From the UHGV virus genome UHGV-1707574: a DNA stretch of 37,457 nt; one strand, written 5' to 3'. The translations under genes and the position numbers were made by a program. Under the pieces are notes generated by a model. It did not search any database and had not been told where the DNA came from. It saw nothing but the letters and a program-made list of their open reading frames with translations. The first letter of the stretch is position 1. Each line of letters begins with the position of its first letter. Below, in pieces: positions 1 to 10,080 of the stretch. Source of the stretch: a virus.

Positions 1-341
1 CAAAATCAAAACTCAACGAGCAGCGTGAGTATTACGAAGGTGTTATCTCGGATGGGAGTAAGCGCATTGCTGAACTAGAGGAGCGGGAAATAAAACCAGC
101 CAAAGGTGAAGTTCTGGTCGTTGTATCTGGTTTTACTGGTTGCGGAAAAAGCGCCATTGCCGGGGAAATAGAAATCGCGATGAAGGCTATTGGTGTACCG
201 GTTAAGTGGACTAATGGCGATGCAGAAAAGCGCATGACTGGCGCTGACTGGCTGACTGCGATTGAGATGTACAAACCAACTGTGCGCATCGTGGAAGTTA
301 ATGTGCCACGCGCCCCTGGCATTCGCATCAAAGGAGAGTGA
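1..341 (+). CDS. 3' portion of an upstream gene, truncated at the window edge (frame 3, stop TGA 339-341)
   Basis: Open frame from position 3 to TGA at 339-341; product not recognised. Confidence 0.45.
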   Translation, partial: KSKLNEQREYYEGVISDGSKRIAELEEREIKPAKGEVLVVVSGFTGCGKSAIAGEIEIAMKAIGVPVKWTNGDAEKRMTGADWLTAIEMYKPTVRIVEVNVPRAPGIRIKGE

Positions 342-342
342 T

Positions 343-552
343 ATGGCTATCGCTGCAAGTTACACCATGCATCTCTATTGTGACTGCCGCCAGTGTACGG
401 AAGGTGTATATCCAGTGCCAGACTTCGGTGAGTATATCGGTACGTCATGGTCTGGTTGTGCAAAAGAGGCCCGTAAAGACGGGTGGCGAATAAGTAAAGA
501 CAAAACACGTGCTTTTGCGCCCGGGCATAAAGTTTTGAGGATTAACAAATGA
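343..552 (+). CDS. Small Cys-rich protein, 69 aa (CDC..C..C)
   Basis: ATG at 343 preceded by AAGGAGAG; in frame with ORF 262-552; overlaps start of next gene (ATGA). Confidence 0.45.
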   Translation: MAIAASYTMHLYCDCRQCTEGVYPVPDFGEYIGTSWSGCAKEARKDGWRISKDKTRAFAPGHKVLRINK

Positions 553-1418
553 CCACTATTACCAAAGAACGTATCGAATTATTCATTAAAAATCCGCTTG
601 ATAACGGGCTTACCCGTGGCGAACAAATGGAACTGGCACGAATTGCACTGGCCTCTCTTGAGGCAGAGCCAGTTGGTGCATTCCACATTGCAGAACAGCA
701 AGTTGACAGCACAAGTGACTACCTCAAGGATGGAGAATGGCCTATTGATAATGGAATTATTGAGGTCTACGCCGCTCCCCCCGTTCCAGTAGTACCGGAA
801 GAAAAACCAATGCCTAACGCTCTAAGCATGCTTGAAAGAGAGATCACACAACTGATTGGTGATGCGCAGGAAGCCACTGTTACTGGCTATGAGTTAATCG
901 CTGAAGCTTGGCGTTTGATGGATGGACAAGACCCTAAAACCAGCGATTGGCATAGCAAGGCTTCGAAGTATTTAAATTCCAATATTGTAGAAAAAGTTGA
1001 TGATGACCGTATTGATGCAATTAAGGCTGTTTTGCGTAGACTGGCTGGCAACTATCCGGATATTCCGGATAGTTCGGTGCCAGCGCCAGGAAAGGGCGTC
1101 ACCGGTGAACGTATCCGCATTAAGCCGCATGTTTATCGCGAACTGGTTAACCGTCTCCACGATACAGCGATCAAGTGTGCTGGCACCCAGCAATTACGAG
1201 AAAGAATTAGCCGTGTTTTGGGCGACGTTATTACACCAGATCATCATAAACAAGCCGAGAAAAGTGGCCTGGAAAGGTGTCACCTTGAGACGGCATTAAA
1301 CATTAAGCCGGGGCATACGCTTGGCATTATTGATGCACTATTGGTTCATAAGATGGCCAGGGCTTTATTGCCGCTGGTGGCTGAAAAGCATGAGGCGGAC
1401 CATGCCAACGAAAGCTGA
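549..1418 (+). CDS. Conserved P1-like hypothetical protein, 289 aa
   Basis: Long ORF with ATG/TGA overlap to the upstream gene; function not recognised. Confidence 0.7.
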   Translation: MTTITKERIELFIKNPLDNGLTRGEQMELARIALASLEAEPVGAFHIAEQQVDSTSDYLKDGEWPIDNGIIEVYAAPPVPVVPEEKPMPNALSMLEREITQLIGDAQEATVTGYELIAEAWRLMDGQDPKTSDWHSKASKYLNSNIVEKVDDDRIDAIKAVLRRLAGNYPDIPDSSVPAPGKGVTGERIRIKPHVYRELVNRLHDTAIKCAGTQQLRERISRVLGDVITPDHHKQAEKSGLERCHLETALNIKPGHTLGIIDALLVHKMARALLPLVAEKHEADHANES

Positions 1419-1686
1419 ATTACAGGTGCGCGTAGATGAGCTTGAAAAAGAGAATGCGAGCCTCAAAAAAATGCTGTCGCGGGCGGAAAGGGAATTATCA
1501 GGCAAATTATTGCCAGAAGAACTGCCACCAGCAGATATACCTGATCGAGTGTCCTGGTGGATGAAGTATTTCCGTGCACCGTGGGAGGCGTTTTGGTGCT
1601 ACGACCATCGCAGATGGTGTGATGAACTTGATCGCAGTTTTCCCTACTTTGCGGAAGGGAACACCTGCCCTCAATGCAGGGGATAG
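1402..1686 (+). CDS. Small protein, 94 aa, coiled-coil N-terminus and Cys-rich C-terminus (CPQC)
   Basis: ATG 1402 with GAGGCGG upstream, in frame with ORF 1321-1686. Confidence 0.5.
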   Translation: MPTKAELQVRVDELEKENASLKKMLSRAERELSGKLLPEELPPADIPDRVSWWMKYFRAPWEAFWCYDHRRWCDELDRSFPYFAEGNTCPQCRG

Positions 1687-2021
1687 CATTTGACGAAATC
1701 GATCACCCTATCCTGAACTTCAGAAAGAAGGTCTTTTTCACGCGCCAGGACGTCAGGATATTGACGTTCTGGCCTTACCAGATGCCGGAGCTTCCCATTA
1801 AGCAGAATGGCCTCAGAAAACACTTTTACGCTGTGCTTTATCCCCTCTGTTTCACTTTTCAGCGTCAAAATAAAGCGCAATTGCTTATTAGCCTGATTCG
1901 GATTCAATACACGAATTTGCAGTTCGTCTATGCTGTTTCGCAATGGGATTGATGCCACCACACTGGTGCAGTCCCTGATTGTCTGAATTGAACGGCTAAC
2001 ATTGAGAACGTTATTGTGCAT
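1671..2021 (-). CDS. Hypothetical protein, 116 aa (weakly supported)
   Basis: ORF only; poor SD spacing; competes with the + strand ORF 1674-1952. Confidence 0.25.
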   Translation of the reverse strand: MHNNVLNVSRSIQTIRDCTSVVASIPLRNSIDELQIRVLNPNQANKQLRFILTLKSETEGIKHSVKVFSEAILLNGKLRHLVRPERQYPDVLAREKDLLSEVQDRVIDFVKCYPLH

Positions 2022-2053
2022 GTGCCTGATCCACTAACTCCTGGAGGTTTCTT

Positions 2054-2305
2054 GTGTCAGATCGAAATATAGCAGCTAAAAGCCAGGAAGAGCGAGACAA
2101 GGTGAACGTAGACCTTGCCGCCAGCGGCGTTGCTTACAAAGAACGGCTGAATATACCTGTGATTGCAGAGCAGGTGGCCCGTGAGCAACCGGAAAACCTG
2201 CGCGCCTATTTCATGGAACGGCTACAGCACTACCGGCAGTTAAGCCTCCAGTTGCCAAAAGGGAGCGATCCGGTGTATCAGAACGAGGATGCACCAAAAA
2301 AATAA
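2054..2305 (+). CDS. hot: Hot, homolog of DNA polymerase III theta subunit (HolE)
   Basis: GTG start with GGAGG SD; product segment '[43 protein letters not shown]' closely resembles E. coli theta. Confidence 0.8.
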   Translation: MSDRNIAAKSQEERDKVNVDLAASGVAYKERLNIPVIAEQVAREQPENLRAYFMERLQHYRQLSLQLPKGSDPVYQNEDAPKK

Positions 2306-2390
2306 CGGCAAGATGGGGGAGAAATGTGATTAGCCCCCAGCGTGGCGCGCCTACAAACCCCGCTTTCACAAACTATGCCTTTTCAATGTA

Positions 2391-2410
2391 TACTGTATGA
2401 ATAAACAGTA
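2391..2410. promoter_or_regulatory. LexA (SOS) box upstream of humD
   Basis: TACTGTATGAATAAACAGTA matches the CTGT-N8-ACAG consensus, 19 bp upstream of the humD ATG. Confidence 0.8.
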
Positions 2411-2428
2411 TCATTGAGGTAAAACGCT

Positions 2429-2818
2429 ATGGGCTTCCCTTCTCCTGCGGCGGATTATGTTGAAAGCCGAATTTCTCTTGATCAGCAGATAATTAGACAT
2501 CCTTCAGCGACCTACTTCATGCGGGCAGCTGATAGCCATCACCGTGAGGGAATATTGCAGGGTGCTTTGCTGGTGGTTGATTCCTCGCTTACTCCGGTTG
2601 ATGGTTCTCTGCTTGTGTGCGCTATGGAGGGTGAATATCGCATAAAGAGATACAGGAAGTATCCGCGCCAGCACCTGGAGGACTTAAGCACCGGGAAGAA
2701 AGAGGCGTTACCAGTAGATGACGATGGATACACGGGCAGTAATGCTGTTTTTGGTGTGATCACTCATGTCATCAATGATGCCCGAAGTGGGGAATTTGAT
2801 GATTGTCCGGTTATTTAA
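2429..2818 (+). CDS. humD: HumD, UmuD-like SOS mutagenesis protein
   Basis: 129-aa ORF, SD GAGGT, LexA box upstream; P1 synteny hot-humD-phd-doc. Confidence 0.85.
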   Translation: MGFPSPAADYVESRISLDQQIIRHPSATYFMRAADSHHREGILQGALLVVDSSLTPVDGSLLVCAMEGEYRIKRYRKYPRQHLEDLSTGKKEALPVDDDGYTGSNAVFGVITHVINDARSGEFDDCPVI

Positions 2819-2890
2819 GCTGCAAAGTGCTGGTGCTTTATGCCTGTGAAGTTTATAATTGTGTACACATAACGAGTACATGAGGTGTTT

Positions 2891-3112
2891 ATGCAATCCA
2901 TTAACTTCCGTACCGCGCGTGGCAACCTTTCTGAAGTGCTCAACAATGTTGAAGCCGGGGAAGAGGTTGAAATCACCCGCAGAGGCCGTGAACCAGCAGT
3001 AATTGTCAGCAAGGCTACTTTCGAAGCCTACAAAAAAGCGGCGCTGGATGCTGAATTTGCATCCCTGTTTGACACACTGGACTCCACCAACAAGGAACTG
3101 GTTAACCGATAA
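2891..3112 (+). CDS. phd: Phd antitoxin (prevent host death), 73 aa
   Basis: [39 protein letters not shown]...; stop overlaps the doc start (TAATG). Confidence 0.9.
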
Positions 3113-3492
3113 TGAGGCATATATCACCGGAAGAACTTATTGCGCTTCATGATGCGAATATAAGCCGCTACGGCGGCCTGCCGGGAATGTCTGATCCGGG
3201 TAGGGCAGAGGCCATTATCGGGAGAGTTCAGGCCAGAGTTGCCTACGAAGAGATCACCGACCTTTTCGAAGTCTCCGCCACCTACCTGGTGGCTACAGCG
3301 AGAGGGCATATATTCAATGATGCCAATAAGCGTACCGCGCTAAACAGTGCGCTGCTATTTCTACGCCGTAACGGGGTGCAGGTATTTGATTCACCTGAAC
3401 TGGCAGACCTTACTGTAGGCGCTGCGACTGGCGAGATATCTGTATCTTCTGTCGCCGACACGTTACGTAGATTGTATGGTTCTGCGGAGTAG
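3112..3492 (+). CDS. doc: Doc toxin (Fic-family kinase, death on curing), 126 aa
   Basis: [22 protein letters not shown]... recognised as P1 Doc; coupled to phd. Confidence 0.95.
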
Positions 3493-3496
3493 ATTA

Positions 3497-3676
3497 ATGG
3501 CACGCAAATACAACAAATTGTCCCGTGAAGCGTTAAAGATGCTTCTTGATGGCGTGAGTCGCCGCAAGGTAAAGCAATACCTGGTTGGTAAGCAAATTGG
3601 AGTCAGGACCGCTATTGCTGTGTTATGCCGTCAGGAAATGGTTGTGCTTAAACAGAGAATGCCGGGCAGCAGATAA
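3497..3676 (+). CDS. Small basic protein, 59 aa (post-doc region)
   Basis: ATG 3497 with GGAG SD 8 nt upstream; in frame with ORF 3476-3676. Confidence 0.45.
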   Translation: MARKYNKLSREALKMLLDGVSRRKVKQYLVGKQIGVRTAIAVLCRQEMVVLKQRMPGSR

Positions 3677-3703
3677 AGCCCAATCAGTGATTAAAGGTGT
3701 GAT

Positions 3704-4747
3704 GTGAAAGCCGTAATTACTCCCTTTGTACAGAAAGAGCTTGGCCTCGCCACGTTCAAAGTGGATCAGGAGGTCAGAAAGCTGGTGGAGGCTGGCCGTA
3801 AATTTATTATGGAGCCGGTGCCGCGTGAGTTAATCGAGCACATGGAAGACGGCCTCGTTGTTACCGAGCAAACCATGGCAACAAATGAGGCGTTGCAGCC
3901 GTTTTTTAACAGCGATGAACTGTTTCGCCGTATTGGTGGAATTGACGCGCTGGTGGCGTGGTTGCGTAGGAAAGAGGGTCAATGCCAGGCCGCAGATCGT
4001 AGTTGGTGTGACAACCATATTGTCCACGCTGAACGAGACAATAGCGCGGTGTTGTTGTGCTGGCATCACGATAACCATTACCGGATGCGTGGTTTTAATG
4101 AGCTGAAAGAAACGCTGCACAATAATCGCGTTAACTGGATACTGGATGTCGCCCGTCAGGAAATGGGCCTTTCAAATAGCCATGATTTAAGTATTCAGGA
4201 GCTGTGCTGGTGGGCTTTCATGCGCAACATGATGCACCTGATGCCGGAAGAAGTCTGCCGCATATCAATAAATAAGATGAAGGCTACTCCGCAGGATAGC
4301 GGACCTCTGAAAGAGGCGGATATTCGCCCGTATGACGATCGCGCTACAGCATATGTTCATATGATGGAAGAACGCGCCGCGCCGATGCGTGCAAAAGTAT
4401 GCCCTGTGGATGTTGACTCCGACCCAGGTATGGCGCATTTCAAGATACCAAAACTTCAATCGCTAAAATTGCCCGAGTACATGGACTTTGTGGCTTCCCG
4501 TCCATGCTGTGGCTGTGGAGCTGCGGGAGCTGGCGCTCACATTACGCCTTATATCGTTCGTCATAGTCGATTATGCGCGCATGACATTTATGCTATTCCT
4601 CTGTGCCAGTCATGCCAGCGTGATATTGAGCGTGACCGCGATAATTGGGAGAAGACGCACGGTAGGCTGGCGATGCATCAACGATTGTTCTTTGATTACG
4701 CGCTTGGAGTTGGCGCTATCACAAGTCATTCGTCGAGCGTTAGATAA
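3704..4747 (+). CDS. Cys/His-rich protein, 347 aa (post-doc region, possibly PdcB-like)
   Basis: GTG start with AGGTG SD; C-terminal CCGCG...CQSCQ cysteine clusters. Confidence 0.7.
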   Translation: MKAVITPFVQKELGLATFKVDQEVRKLVEAGRKFIMEPVPRELIEHMEDGLVVTEQTMATNEALQPFFNSDELFRRIGGIDALVAWLRRKEGQCQAADRSWCDNHIVHAERDNSAVLLCWHHDNHYRMRGFNELKETLHNNRVNWILDVARQEMGLSNSHDLSIQELCWWAFMRNMMHLMPEEVCRISINKMKATPQDSGPLKEADIRPYDDRATAYVHMMEERAAPMRAKVCPVDVDSDPGMAHFKIPKLQSLKLPEYMDFVASRPCCGCGAAGAGAHITPYIVRHSRLCAHDIYAIPLCQSCQRDIERDRDNWEKTHGRLAMHQRLFFDYALGVGAITSHSSSVR

Positions 4748-4748
4748 A

Positions 4749-4765
4749 ATTGCTCTAATGTATTG
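4749..4765 (+). promoter_or_regulatory. C1 operator-like site upstream of lpa
   Basis: ATTGCTCTAATGTATTG, 14/17 to the P1 C1 operator consensus ATTGCTCTAATAAATTT; lpa is known to be C1-controlled. Confidence 0.6.
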
Positions 4766-4835
4766 CTATTTCTTTAATCGAGGGTATTATATTCGACGTT
4801 GATTAGTTGACATGGGCTAATCAGTAGGTGACAGG

Positions 4836-5288
4836 ATGTTACTTAACTGGCAGGGACGCCACTTCATGGAAATAAATCACTCACGAATAACATCGTACGA
4901 GATTGCGGATTACATGATCCGCACTAAATCTCTTCTATCAGCGAAAGAACTCGCAGCAATTCTTGAAAAGGAATACCCGCATCTGGATGTCGATAAGCGC
5001 GATGTTTATCTGCGCTTAAAGGCTATCGCTGTGTCTAAGTATTCGTCTGTTTTGATTGATGACAGTACACGCCCACGTAGATTTCAGATCCACTCTCTGA
5101 ATCCTGAATTCTTTCGCCGCAGCCGCGCTCCGCGCCGGTTTGATGAAAAACTCCAGAACGAACTCTATATGACGCAGGACGAAAAGGAACGCCGGGAGCA
5201 CCAGCCTTGGGTGATGGCGCGTCAACTTTTCAATAAGGTGGTCCGTCAGCACCGTCATTACGGTAATGCCACATCCGCACGTATCTGA
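4836..5288 (+). CDS. lpa: Lpa, late promoter activator (gene 10), 150 aa
   Basis: 150-aa ORF in the expected position between post-doc genes and pacA; C1 operator upstream. Confidence 0.85.
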   Translation: MLLNWQGRHFMEINHSRITSYEIADYMIRTKSLLSAKELAAILEKEYPHLDVDKRDVYLRLKAIAVSKYSSVLIDDSTRPRRFQIHSLNPEFFRRSRAPRRFDEKLQNELYMTQDEKERREHQPWVMARQLFNKVVRQHRHYGNATSARI

Positions 5289-5298
5289 TTGATTGCTT

Positions 5299-5317
5299 GC
5301 CCGTTCCGGGCCTTTTG
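5299..5317 (+). terminator. Short hairpin plus T-run after lpa
   Basis: GCCCG-TTC-CGGGC followed by CTTTTG. Confidence 0.35.
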
Positions 5318-5318
5318 A

Positions 5319-5337
5319 CATGTGACTTTCGTTACCC
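5319..5337 (+). promoter_or_regulatory. Candidate late (Lpa-dependent) promoter element upstream of pacA
   Basis: CATGTGACT-N4-TTACCC; one of four similarly built copies of CA(A/T)GTGA(C/T)T-N4-T.A upstream of genes. Confidence 0.4.
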
Positions 5338-5374
5338 TCGCGTCAAAAAGAGTTTTATACGAAAGGAAGCATAA

Positions 5375-6568
5375 GTGACCTGGGACGATCACAAGAAGAA
5401 TTTTGCTCGCCTGGCGCGAGATGGTGGTTACACCATCGCACAATATGCCGCCGAGTTTAATCTCAACCCAAACACCGCACGTCGTTATCTCCGTGCATTC
5501 AAAGAAGACACCGGAACAGCGGACAGCCGTAAGCCAAATAAGCCTGTCAGAAAACCACTAAAAAGCATGATCATTGATCACGCCAATGATCAACGTGCAG
5601 GTGATCACATTGTGGCTGAAATGGCTGAAAAACAAAGAGTTAATGCTGTTGTCAGTGCCGCAGTCGAGAACGCGAAGCGCCAGAATAAGCGCATAAATGA
5701 TCGTTCTGATGATCATGACGTGATCACCCGCGCCCACCGGACCTTACGTGATCGCCTGGAACGCGACACCCTGGATGATGATGGTGAACGCTTTGAATTC
5801 GAAGCTGGCGATTACCTGATAGATAACGTTGAAGCGCGGAAGGCCGCGCGCGCTATGTTGCGTCGGTCCGGGGCTGATGTTCTGGAAACCACTCTTCTGG
5901 AAAAGTCTCTCTCTCATCTCCTTATGCTGGAGAACGCCAGGGATACGTGTATTCGCTTGGTTCAGGAAATGCGCGATCAGCAAAAAGACGATGATGAAGG
6001 AACTCCGCCTGAATACCGTATCGCGAGCATGCTAAACAGCTGTTCCGCGCAGATAAGCAGCCTGATCAACACCATTTACAGCATCCGGAATAACTATCGA
6101 AAAGAAAGCCGGGAGGCGGAAAAGCACGCTTTGTCTATGGGGCAAGCTGGCATTGTTAAGCTGGCATACGAACGAAAGCGTGAAAACAACTGGTCAGTGC
6201 TGGAGGCAGCTGAATTCATCGAGGCGCATGGAGGGAAAGTACCGCCCCTGATGCTGGAGCAAATCAAAGCCGATCTGCGTGCTCCTAAGACCAATACCGA
6301 TGATGAGGAAAGGCAAACAGCCGTCGGTGGCCCTTCTCTTGAAGATCTGGACAAAGTTGCGCGAGAACGGGCCGCCAACCGCCGCGCCGATGCCGCATTG
6401 TGGATTGAGCAGCGTAGGGAAGAAATCGCCGATATCGTTGATACAGGCGGTTATGGAGATGTTGATACTGAAGGTGTATCAAACGACCCATGGCTGGAAC
6501 AAGACCTGGACGAAGACGAGGAGGAAGACGAAGAAGTTACCCGCAAGCTATACGGGGATGATGATTAA
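5375..6568 (+). CDS. pacA: PacA, terminase small/pac-recognition subunit, 397 aa
   Basis: GTG start with AAGGAAG SD; pac hexamer cluster lies inside the 5' part; acidic C-terminus; overlaps pacB start. Confidence 0.9.
   Translation: MTWDDHKKNFARLARDGGYTIAQYAAEFNLNPNTARRYLRAFKEDTGTADSRKPNKPVRKPLKSMIIDHANDQRAGDHIVAEMAEKQRVNAVVSAAVENAKRQNKRINDRSDDHDVITRAHRTLRDRLERDTLDDDGERFEFEAGDYLIDNVEARKAARAMLRRSGADVLETTLLEKSLSHLLMLENARDTCIRLVQEMRDQQKDDDEGTPPEYRIASMLNSCSAQISSLINTIYSIRNNYRKESREAEKHALSMGQAGIVKLAYERKRENNWSVLEAAEFIEAHGGKVPPLMLEQIKADLRAPKTNTDDEERQTAVGGPSLEDLDKVARERAANRRADAALWIEQRREEIADIVDTGGYGDVDTEGVSNDPWLEQDLDEDEEEDEEVTRKLYGDDD
5568..5726. other. pac packaging site (two clusters of TGATCA/G hexamers carrying Dam GATC sites)
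   Basis: TGATCA at 5568, 5575, 5587, 5602; TGATCG/TGATCA at 5698, 5710, 5721 (another TGATCG at 5749). Confidence 0.8.
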
Positions 6569-8052
6569 TGGCCAGAAGTTGCGTAACGGATCCACGTTGG
6601 CGCGAGCTGGTGGCGCTATATCGTTATGACTGGATTGCTGCCGCTGATGTTTTGTTCGGCAAAACACCTACCTGGCAGCAGGATCTGATTATTGAGTCTG
6701 TGCAGGAACAGGGTAGCAAGACATCTGTTTCGTCTGGTCACGGTACCGGGAAATCAGACATGACTTCTATCATGATCATGTTGTTCATAATCATGTATCC
6801 AGGTGCCCGTGCCATTATCGTTGCGAACAAAATTCAGCAGGTAATGACCGGTATATTCAAGTACATCAAGATAAACTGGGCTACTGCCACCAGCCGTTTC
6901 CCATGGCTTGCTGATTATTTTGTTCTGACAGAAACCGCTTTCTATGAGGTTACAGGTAAAGGTGTATGGACTGTAGTACCGAAGGGCTTTCGTCTGGGAA
7001 GTGAAGAAGCTCTCGCCGGTGAACACGCAGATCATCTTCTGTATATTATCGATGAAGCCTCCGGTGTCAGTGATAGAGCTTTCGGTATCATCACCGGTGC
7101 TCTTACCGGACAGGATAACCGCATCTTATTACTGTCACAGCCTACACGCCCAAGCGGCTATTTCTACGATACACACCATAAACTGGCCAAGCGTCCTGGT
7201 AACCCTGATGGCGTTTATACGGCGATCACGCTTAACAGTGAGGAATCACCGCTGGTAACGCCAGCATTTATCAAAATGAAGCTGGCGGAGTACGGCGGGC
7301 GCGATAACCCTATGTACATGATTAAGGTACGCGGCCTATTCCCTAAATCACAGGATGGCTTCCTTCTTGGACGTGATGAGGTTGAACGTGCAACGCGGCG
7401 GAAAGTCAAGATTGCCAAAGGATGGGGCTGGCTTGCATGTGTGGACGTTGCTGGTGGTACGGGAAGGGATAAGTCCGTTATCAATATCATGATGGTGTCC
7501 GGCCAGAGAAATAAACGCCGTGTAATCAACTATCGAATGCTGGAATACACAGACGTTACAGAAACGCAGCTTGCCGCCAAAATTTTCGCAGAATGTAATC
7601 CTGAGCGATTCCCAAATATCACCATAGCGATAGACGGCGATGGGCTGGGTAAAGCAACGGCGGATCTGATGTACGAGTATTATGGTATTACCGTACAGCG
7701 TATACGCTGGGGTAAAAAGATGCATAGCCGTGAAGATAAAAGCCTGTACTTTGATAAGCGTGCTTATGCCAACGTTCAAGCCGCAGAGGCCGTAAAATCA
7801 GGTCGTATGAGACTGGATAAGGGTAATGAAACTATTGAGGAAGCGTCGAAAATCCCTGTAGGGATTAACTCCGCAGGTCAATGGAAGGTGATGAGTAAGG
7901 AGGATATGAAGAAAAAACTCAACCTGCACTCACCAGACCATTGGGATACATATTGTTTCGCTATGCTGGCGGATTATGTTCCCCAGGATGAAGTGCTTAG
8001 CGTCGAAGACGAAGCGCAGGTTGATGAAGCTCTGGCATGGCTTAATGAATAA
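6568..8052 (+). CDS. pacB: PacB, terminase large subunit, 494 aa
   Basis: Walker A GHGTGKS, Walker B LLYIIDE, C-terminal acidic nuclease-like motifs (CVDVAGG, AIDGDG, SPDHWD). Confidence 0.9.
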   Translation: MARSCVTDPRWRELVALYRYDWIAAADVLFGKTPTWQQDLIIESVQEQGSKTSVSSGHGTGKSDMTSIMIMLFIIMYPGARAIIVANKIQQVMTGIFKYIKINWATATSRFPWLADYFVLTETAFYEVTGKGVWTVVPKGFRLGSEEALAGEHADHLLYIIDEASGVSDRAFGIITGALTGQDNRILLLSQPTRPSGYFYDTHHKLAKRPGNPDGVYTAITLNSEESPLVTPAFIKMKLAEYGGRDNPMYMIKVRGLFPKSQDGFLLGRDEVERATRRKVKIAKGWGWLACVDVAGGTGRDKSVINIMMVSGQRNKRRVINYRMLEYTDVTETQLAAKIFAECNPERFPNITIAIDGDGLGKATADLMYEYYGITVQRIRWGKKMHSREDKSLYFDKRAYANVQAAEAVKSGRMRLDKGNETIEEASKIPVGINSAGQWKVMSKEDMKKKLNLHSPDHWDTYCFAMLADYVPQDEVLSVEDEAQVDEALAWLNE

Positions 8053-8076
8053 CTCATTGACCATGCCGGATGGAAA

Positions 8077-8928
8077 CTATTGCGCGCTTTCGGGGTTGTC
8101 GTTTACTGGCTGCCCCTTCTTAGTTTTACGGCTGCGCGTAACTGATGCGGCTGATTTGACCTTTTTCTCTTCGCGAGTGATGGCAATTTGTTTTTTTACA
8201 TTTTCAATATCTGCCAGGCGATATATTTTTGCCTGCGGCCAGCGGTCGCAGATGATCGGTTCTATAGAGTCATAAAGGCTAAATTTTGCTTTCTCGAATT
8301 CACCGTTGATGATAATTCCATCACGGAGAGTTTCATCGCAGATAAACACACCACATAGCGGCACATGGTAACTAACTGATTTACCATCATTGTAGTTAGG
8401 GCTACTAGAAATGTAATGGACGCGCAGCATTGTTTCGCTAAAGCCGTGTACGCGCATACGGAATTTTTCATCCTCCGGGTACTGCTTCATTAGCTCTTTT
8501 GTTGCTTCCAGGTTCTCTATGTATTTCGCACTGTGCTCATTGATCCCTGCGCTTTTCTGGATGCGAATGTCCTTATCAATCAGATGAATAATGCGGCCAG
8601 CGGTCATGTTGACGCTGTTCACTGCTTCTGTCTGATAAGTCGTAACCTTACGCACACCGCGAAGGATGTTAGGCACTGGATATAAAATAGTCTTTGGGAT
8701 ATTGAGGTCTGGGTACTGTTCCAGTTCCCGCGCCATTAAAGTCCATTTATCAATTTCAGCCTGAATGCTGTCAGTTTCTTTGAACGGCAGAACGACAACC
8801 GGGCGTACAGGACGACCGTCGCTGGCGGCATCAACGTGTTGGGCGCGTGCAACAGCTTTTTTTAGAAAGAGATCCCTGAAGCTGACGAACTCCTGGTACA
8901 GTTGTTCGCCGTAGACATAATTTATCAT
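8077..8928 (-). CDS. c1: C1 repressor of lytic functions, 283 aa
   Basis: 283-aa ORF beginning MINYVYGEQLYQEF..., strong SD GGAGGAGG; position next to coi and loxP. Confidence 0.95.
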   Translation of the reverse strand: MINYVYGEQLYQEFVSFRDLFLKKAVARAQHVDAASDGRPVRPVVVLPFKETDSIQAEIDKWTLMARELEQYPDLNIPKTILYPVPNILRGVRKVTTYQTEAVNSVNMTAGRIIHLIDKDIRIQKSAGINEHSAKYIENLEATKELMKQYPEDEKFRMRVHGFSETMLRVHYISSSPNYNDGKSVSYHVPLCGVFICDETLRDGIIINGEFEKAKFSLYDSIEPIICDRWPQAKIYRLADIENVKKQIAITREEKKVKSAASVTRSRKTKKGQPVNDNPESAQ

Positions 8929-8954
8929 TGATCCTCCTCCAGAATTGACATGGC

Positions 8955-8989
8955 CAACAACTCACAGCGGATTACACTGGGAGTTGTTG
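8955..8989. repeat. Inverted repeat in the coi-c1 intergenic leader
   Basis: CAACAACTC (8955-8963) and GAGTTGTTG (8981-8989), perfect 9-bp arms with a 17-nt spacer. Confidence 0.4.
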
Positions 8990-9038
8990 ACCACCATTAT
9001 AGAAGGATCCAACGAAAATAATAGATTTATTAGTGCAT

Positions 9039-9248
9039 TTATTGTGAGTCTGGCTGGTTAGTGGCCATGAGATATTCGATTGTGTCAGTGAGATCATCCA
9101 GGTCGTCTTGGGTGATGCGGTACTCCTGATTGGATATCTTTGAGTAGTGTTCAGCAATGGCGCGGGCAGCGTCGGTTTCGGCGGGGTCTACAGATAAAGC
9201 GTTAGAGCAATGTCTAACGTCGTCGATGGTTGGTGGAATGAAAGCCAT
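9039..9248 (-). CDS. coi: Coi, C1 inactivator, 69 aa
   Basis: 69-aa acidic ORF immediately upstream of c1 on the same strand. Confidence 0.85.
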   Translation of the reverse strand: MAFIPPTIDDVRHCSNALSVDPAETDAARAIAEHYSKISNQEYRITQDDLDDLTDTIEYLMATNQPDSQ

Positions 9249-9485
9249 AATTATGCCTCACTGTATTGACAACACAGAGCCTGAAGCTCTGACCTACTGT
9301 TTCACCCATGATCCATGCTGGGGTAATCTAACAACATTGCGCTGTGTGTAAGATGAGCAATGCATAGCTGTAATGCCGTTGTATAAGGTTTCCCTGTTTG
9401 CTCATTTCCTTCTGAGCCGCTCTACAACGCTGAAGACACATTAAATAGTGAATCCAAAGTCGTATTACGAAACGGCGGCAAAACT

Positions 9486-9502
9486 ATAATTTATTAGAGC
9501 AA
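9486..9502 (-). promoter_or_regulatory. C1 operator (Op99-type) upstream of the coi/c1 operon
   Basis: TAATTTATTAGAGCAAT, reverse complement matches the consensus 16/17. Confidence 0.7.
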
Positions 9503-9569
9503 TTGTCAAACAACTATGAAAAACAATCCAGTTTTTGGCTGGTGGAGTGGGATTTTTCTCTCAAAATTT

Positions 9570-9586
9570 ATTGCTCTAATAATTCT
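9570..9586 (+). promoter_or_regulatory. C1 operator (Op99-type)
   Basis: ATTGCTCTAATAATTCT, 15/17 to consensus. Confidence 0.7.
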
Positions 9587-9629
9587 TGATTTTTATGCGC
9601 GGCTGGACGTAAACTCCTCTTCGGACCTA

Positions 9630-9663
9630 GTAACTTCGTATAGCATACATTATACGAAGTTAT
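9630..9663 (-). other. loxP site-specific recombination site
   Basis: gTAACTTCGTATA-GCATACAT-TATACGAAGTTAT: 13-bp inverted arms around an 8-bp spacer that is the reverse complement of canonical ATGTATGC; outermost base of one arm is G rather than A. Confidence 0.95.
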
Positions 9664-9682
9664 CTTAAGGGTTATTGAACAT

Positions 9683-9754
9683 GATCAATTTACCTGTAAA
9701 TCCATACAGTTCAATACCTTACAGGTCAAATAGTGATCACTTGATCATTTGATC
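9683..9754. promoter_or_regulatory. GATC (Dam site) cluster in the cre upstream region
   Basis: GATC at 9683, 9735, 9743, 9751; a Dam-sensitive cre promoter is described for P1. Confidence 0.55.
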
Positions 9755-9760
9755 AAGGTT

Positions 9761-9819
9761 GCGCTACGTAAAATCTGCGAAATGTTGGCAGTGTTAGTGC
9801 TCCAGATTTCGCGTAGCGC
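9761..9819. repeat. Imperfect inverted repeat between loxP and cre
   Basis: GCGCTACGTAAAATCTG (9761-9777) versus CAGATTTCGCGTAGCGC (9803-9819), 15/17 complementary, 25-bp spacer. Confidence 0.4.
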
Positions 9820-9851
9820 ACTTAGCACCACCAATCAATCAGAGGTGAAAA

Positions 9852-10073
9852 ATGGGATATTCAGCTGCTAAAGTGTCCACTCATCTTGAGCTTGAGAAAA
9901 ACCGTGGTTACTGGCGGGCAAAAGGGTTTGATCGTGATAGTTGTCAACTGTCATTATCGCGCGGTGAAGAGAAAATAGAACGCACGCGCGGTCGCTGGCG
10001 TTTCTATGACGAGAACCATAAACAGGTAAAGGCAGAGCCGATCCTGTACACTTTACTTAAAACCATTATCTGA
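9852..10073 (+). CDS. Possible small ORF (73 aa) immediately upstream of cre
   Basis: ATG 9852 preceded by GAGGTG; stop 8 nt before the cre ATG; no recognisable product. Confidence 0.3.
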   Translation: MGYSAAKVSTHLELEKNRGYWRAKGFDRDSCQLSLSRGEEKIERTRGRWRFYDENHKQVKAEPILYTLLKTII

Positions 10074-10080
10074 GTGTTAA

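Noticed and set aside
1674-1952. 92-aa + strand ORF between the 94-aa gene and hot
   Set aside because: No SD, odd composition, and it overlaps the alternative - strand ORF; insufficient support.
5744-6629. ORFs overlapping pacA in other frames (5744-5983 -, 6094-6378 -, 6279-6629 +)
   Set aside because: They are embedded in the well-supported pacA and pacB coding regions.
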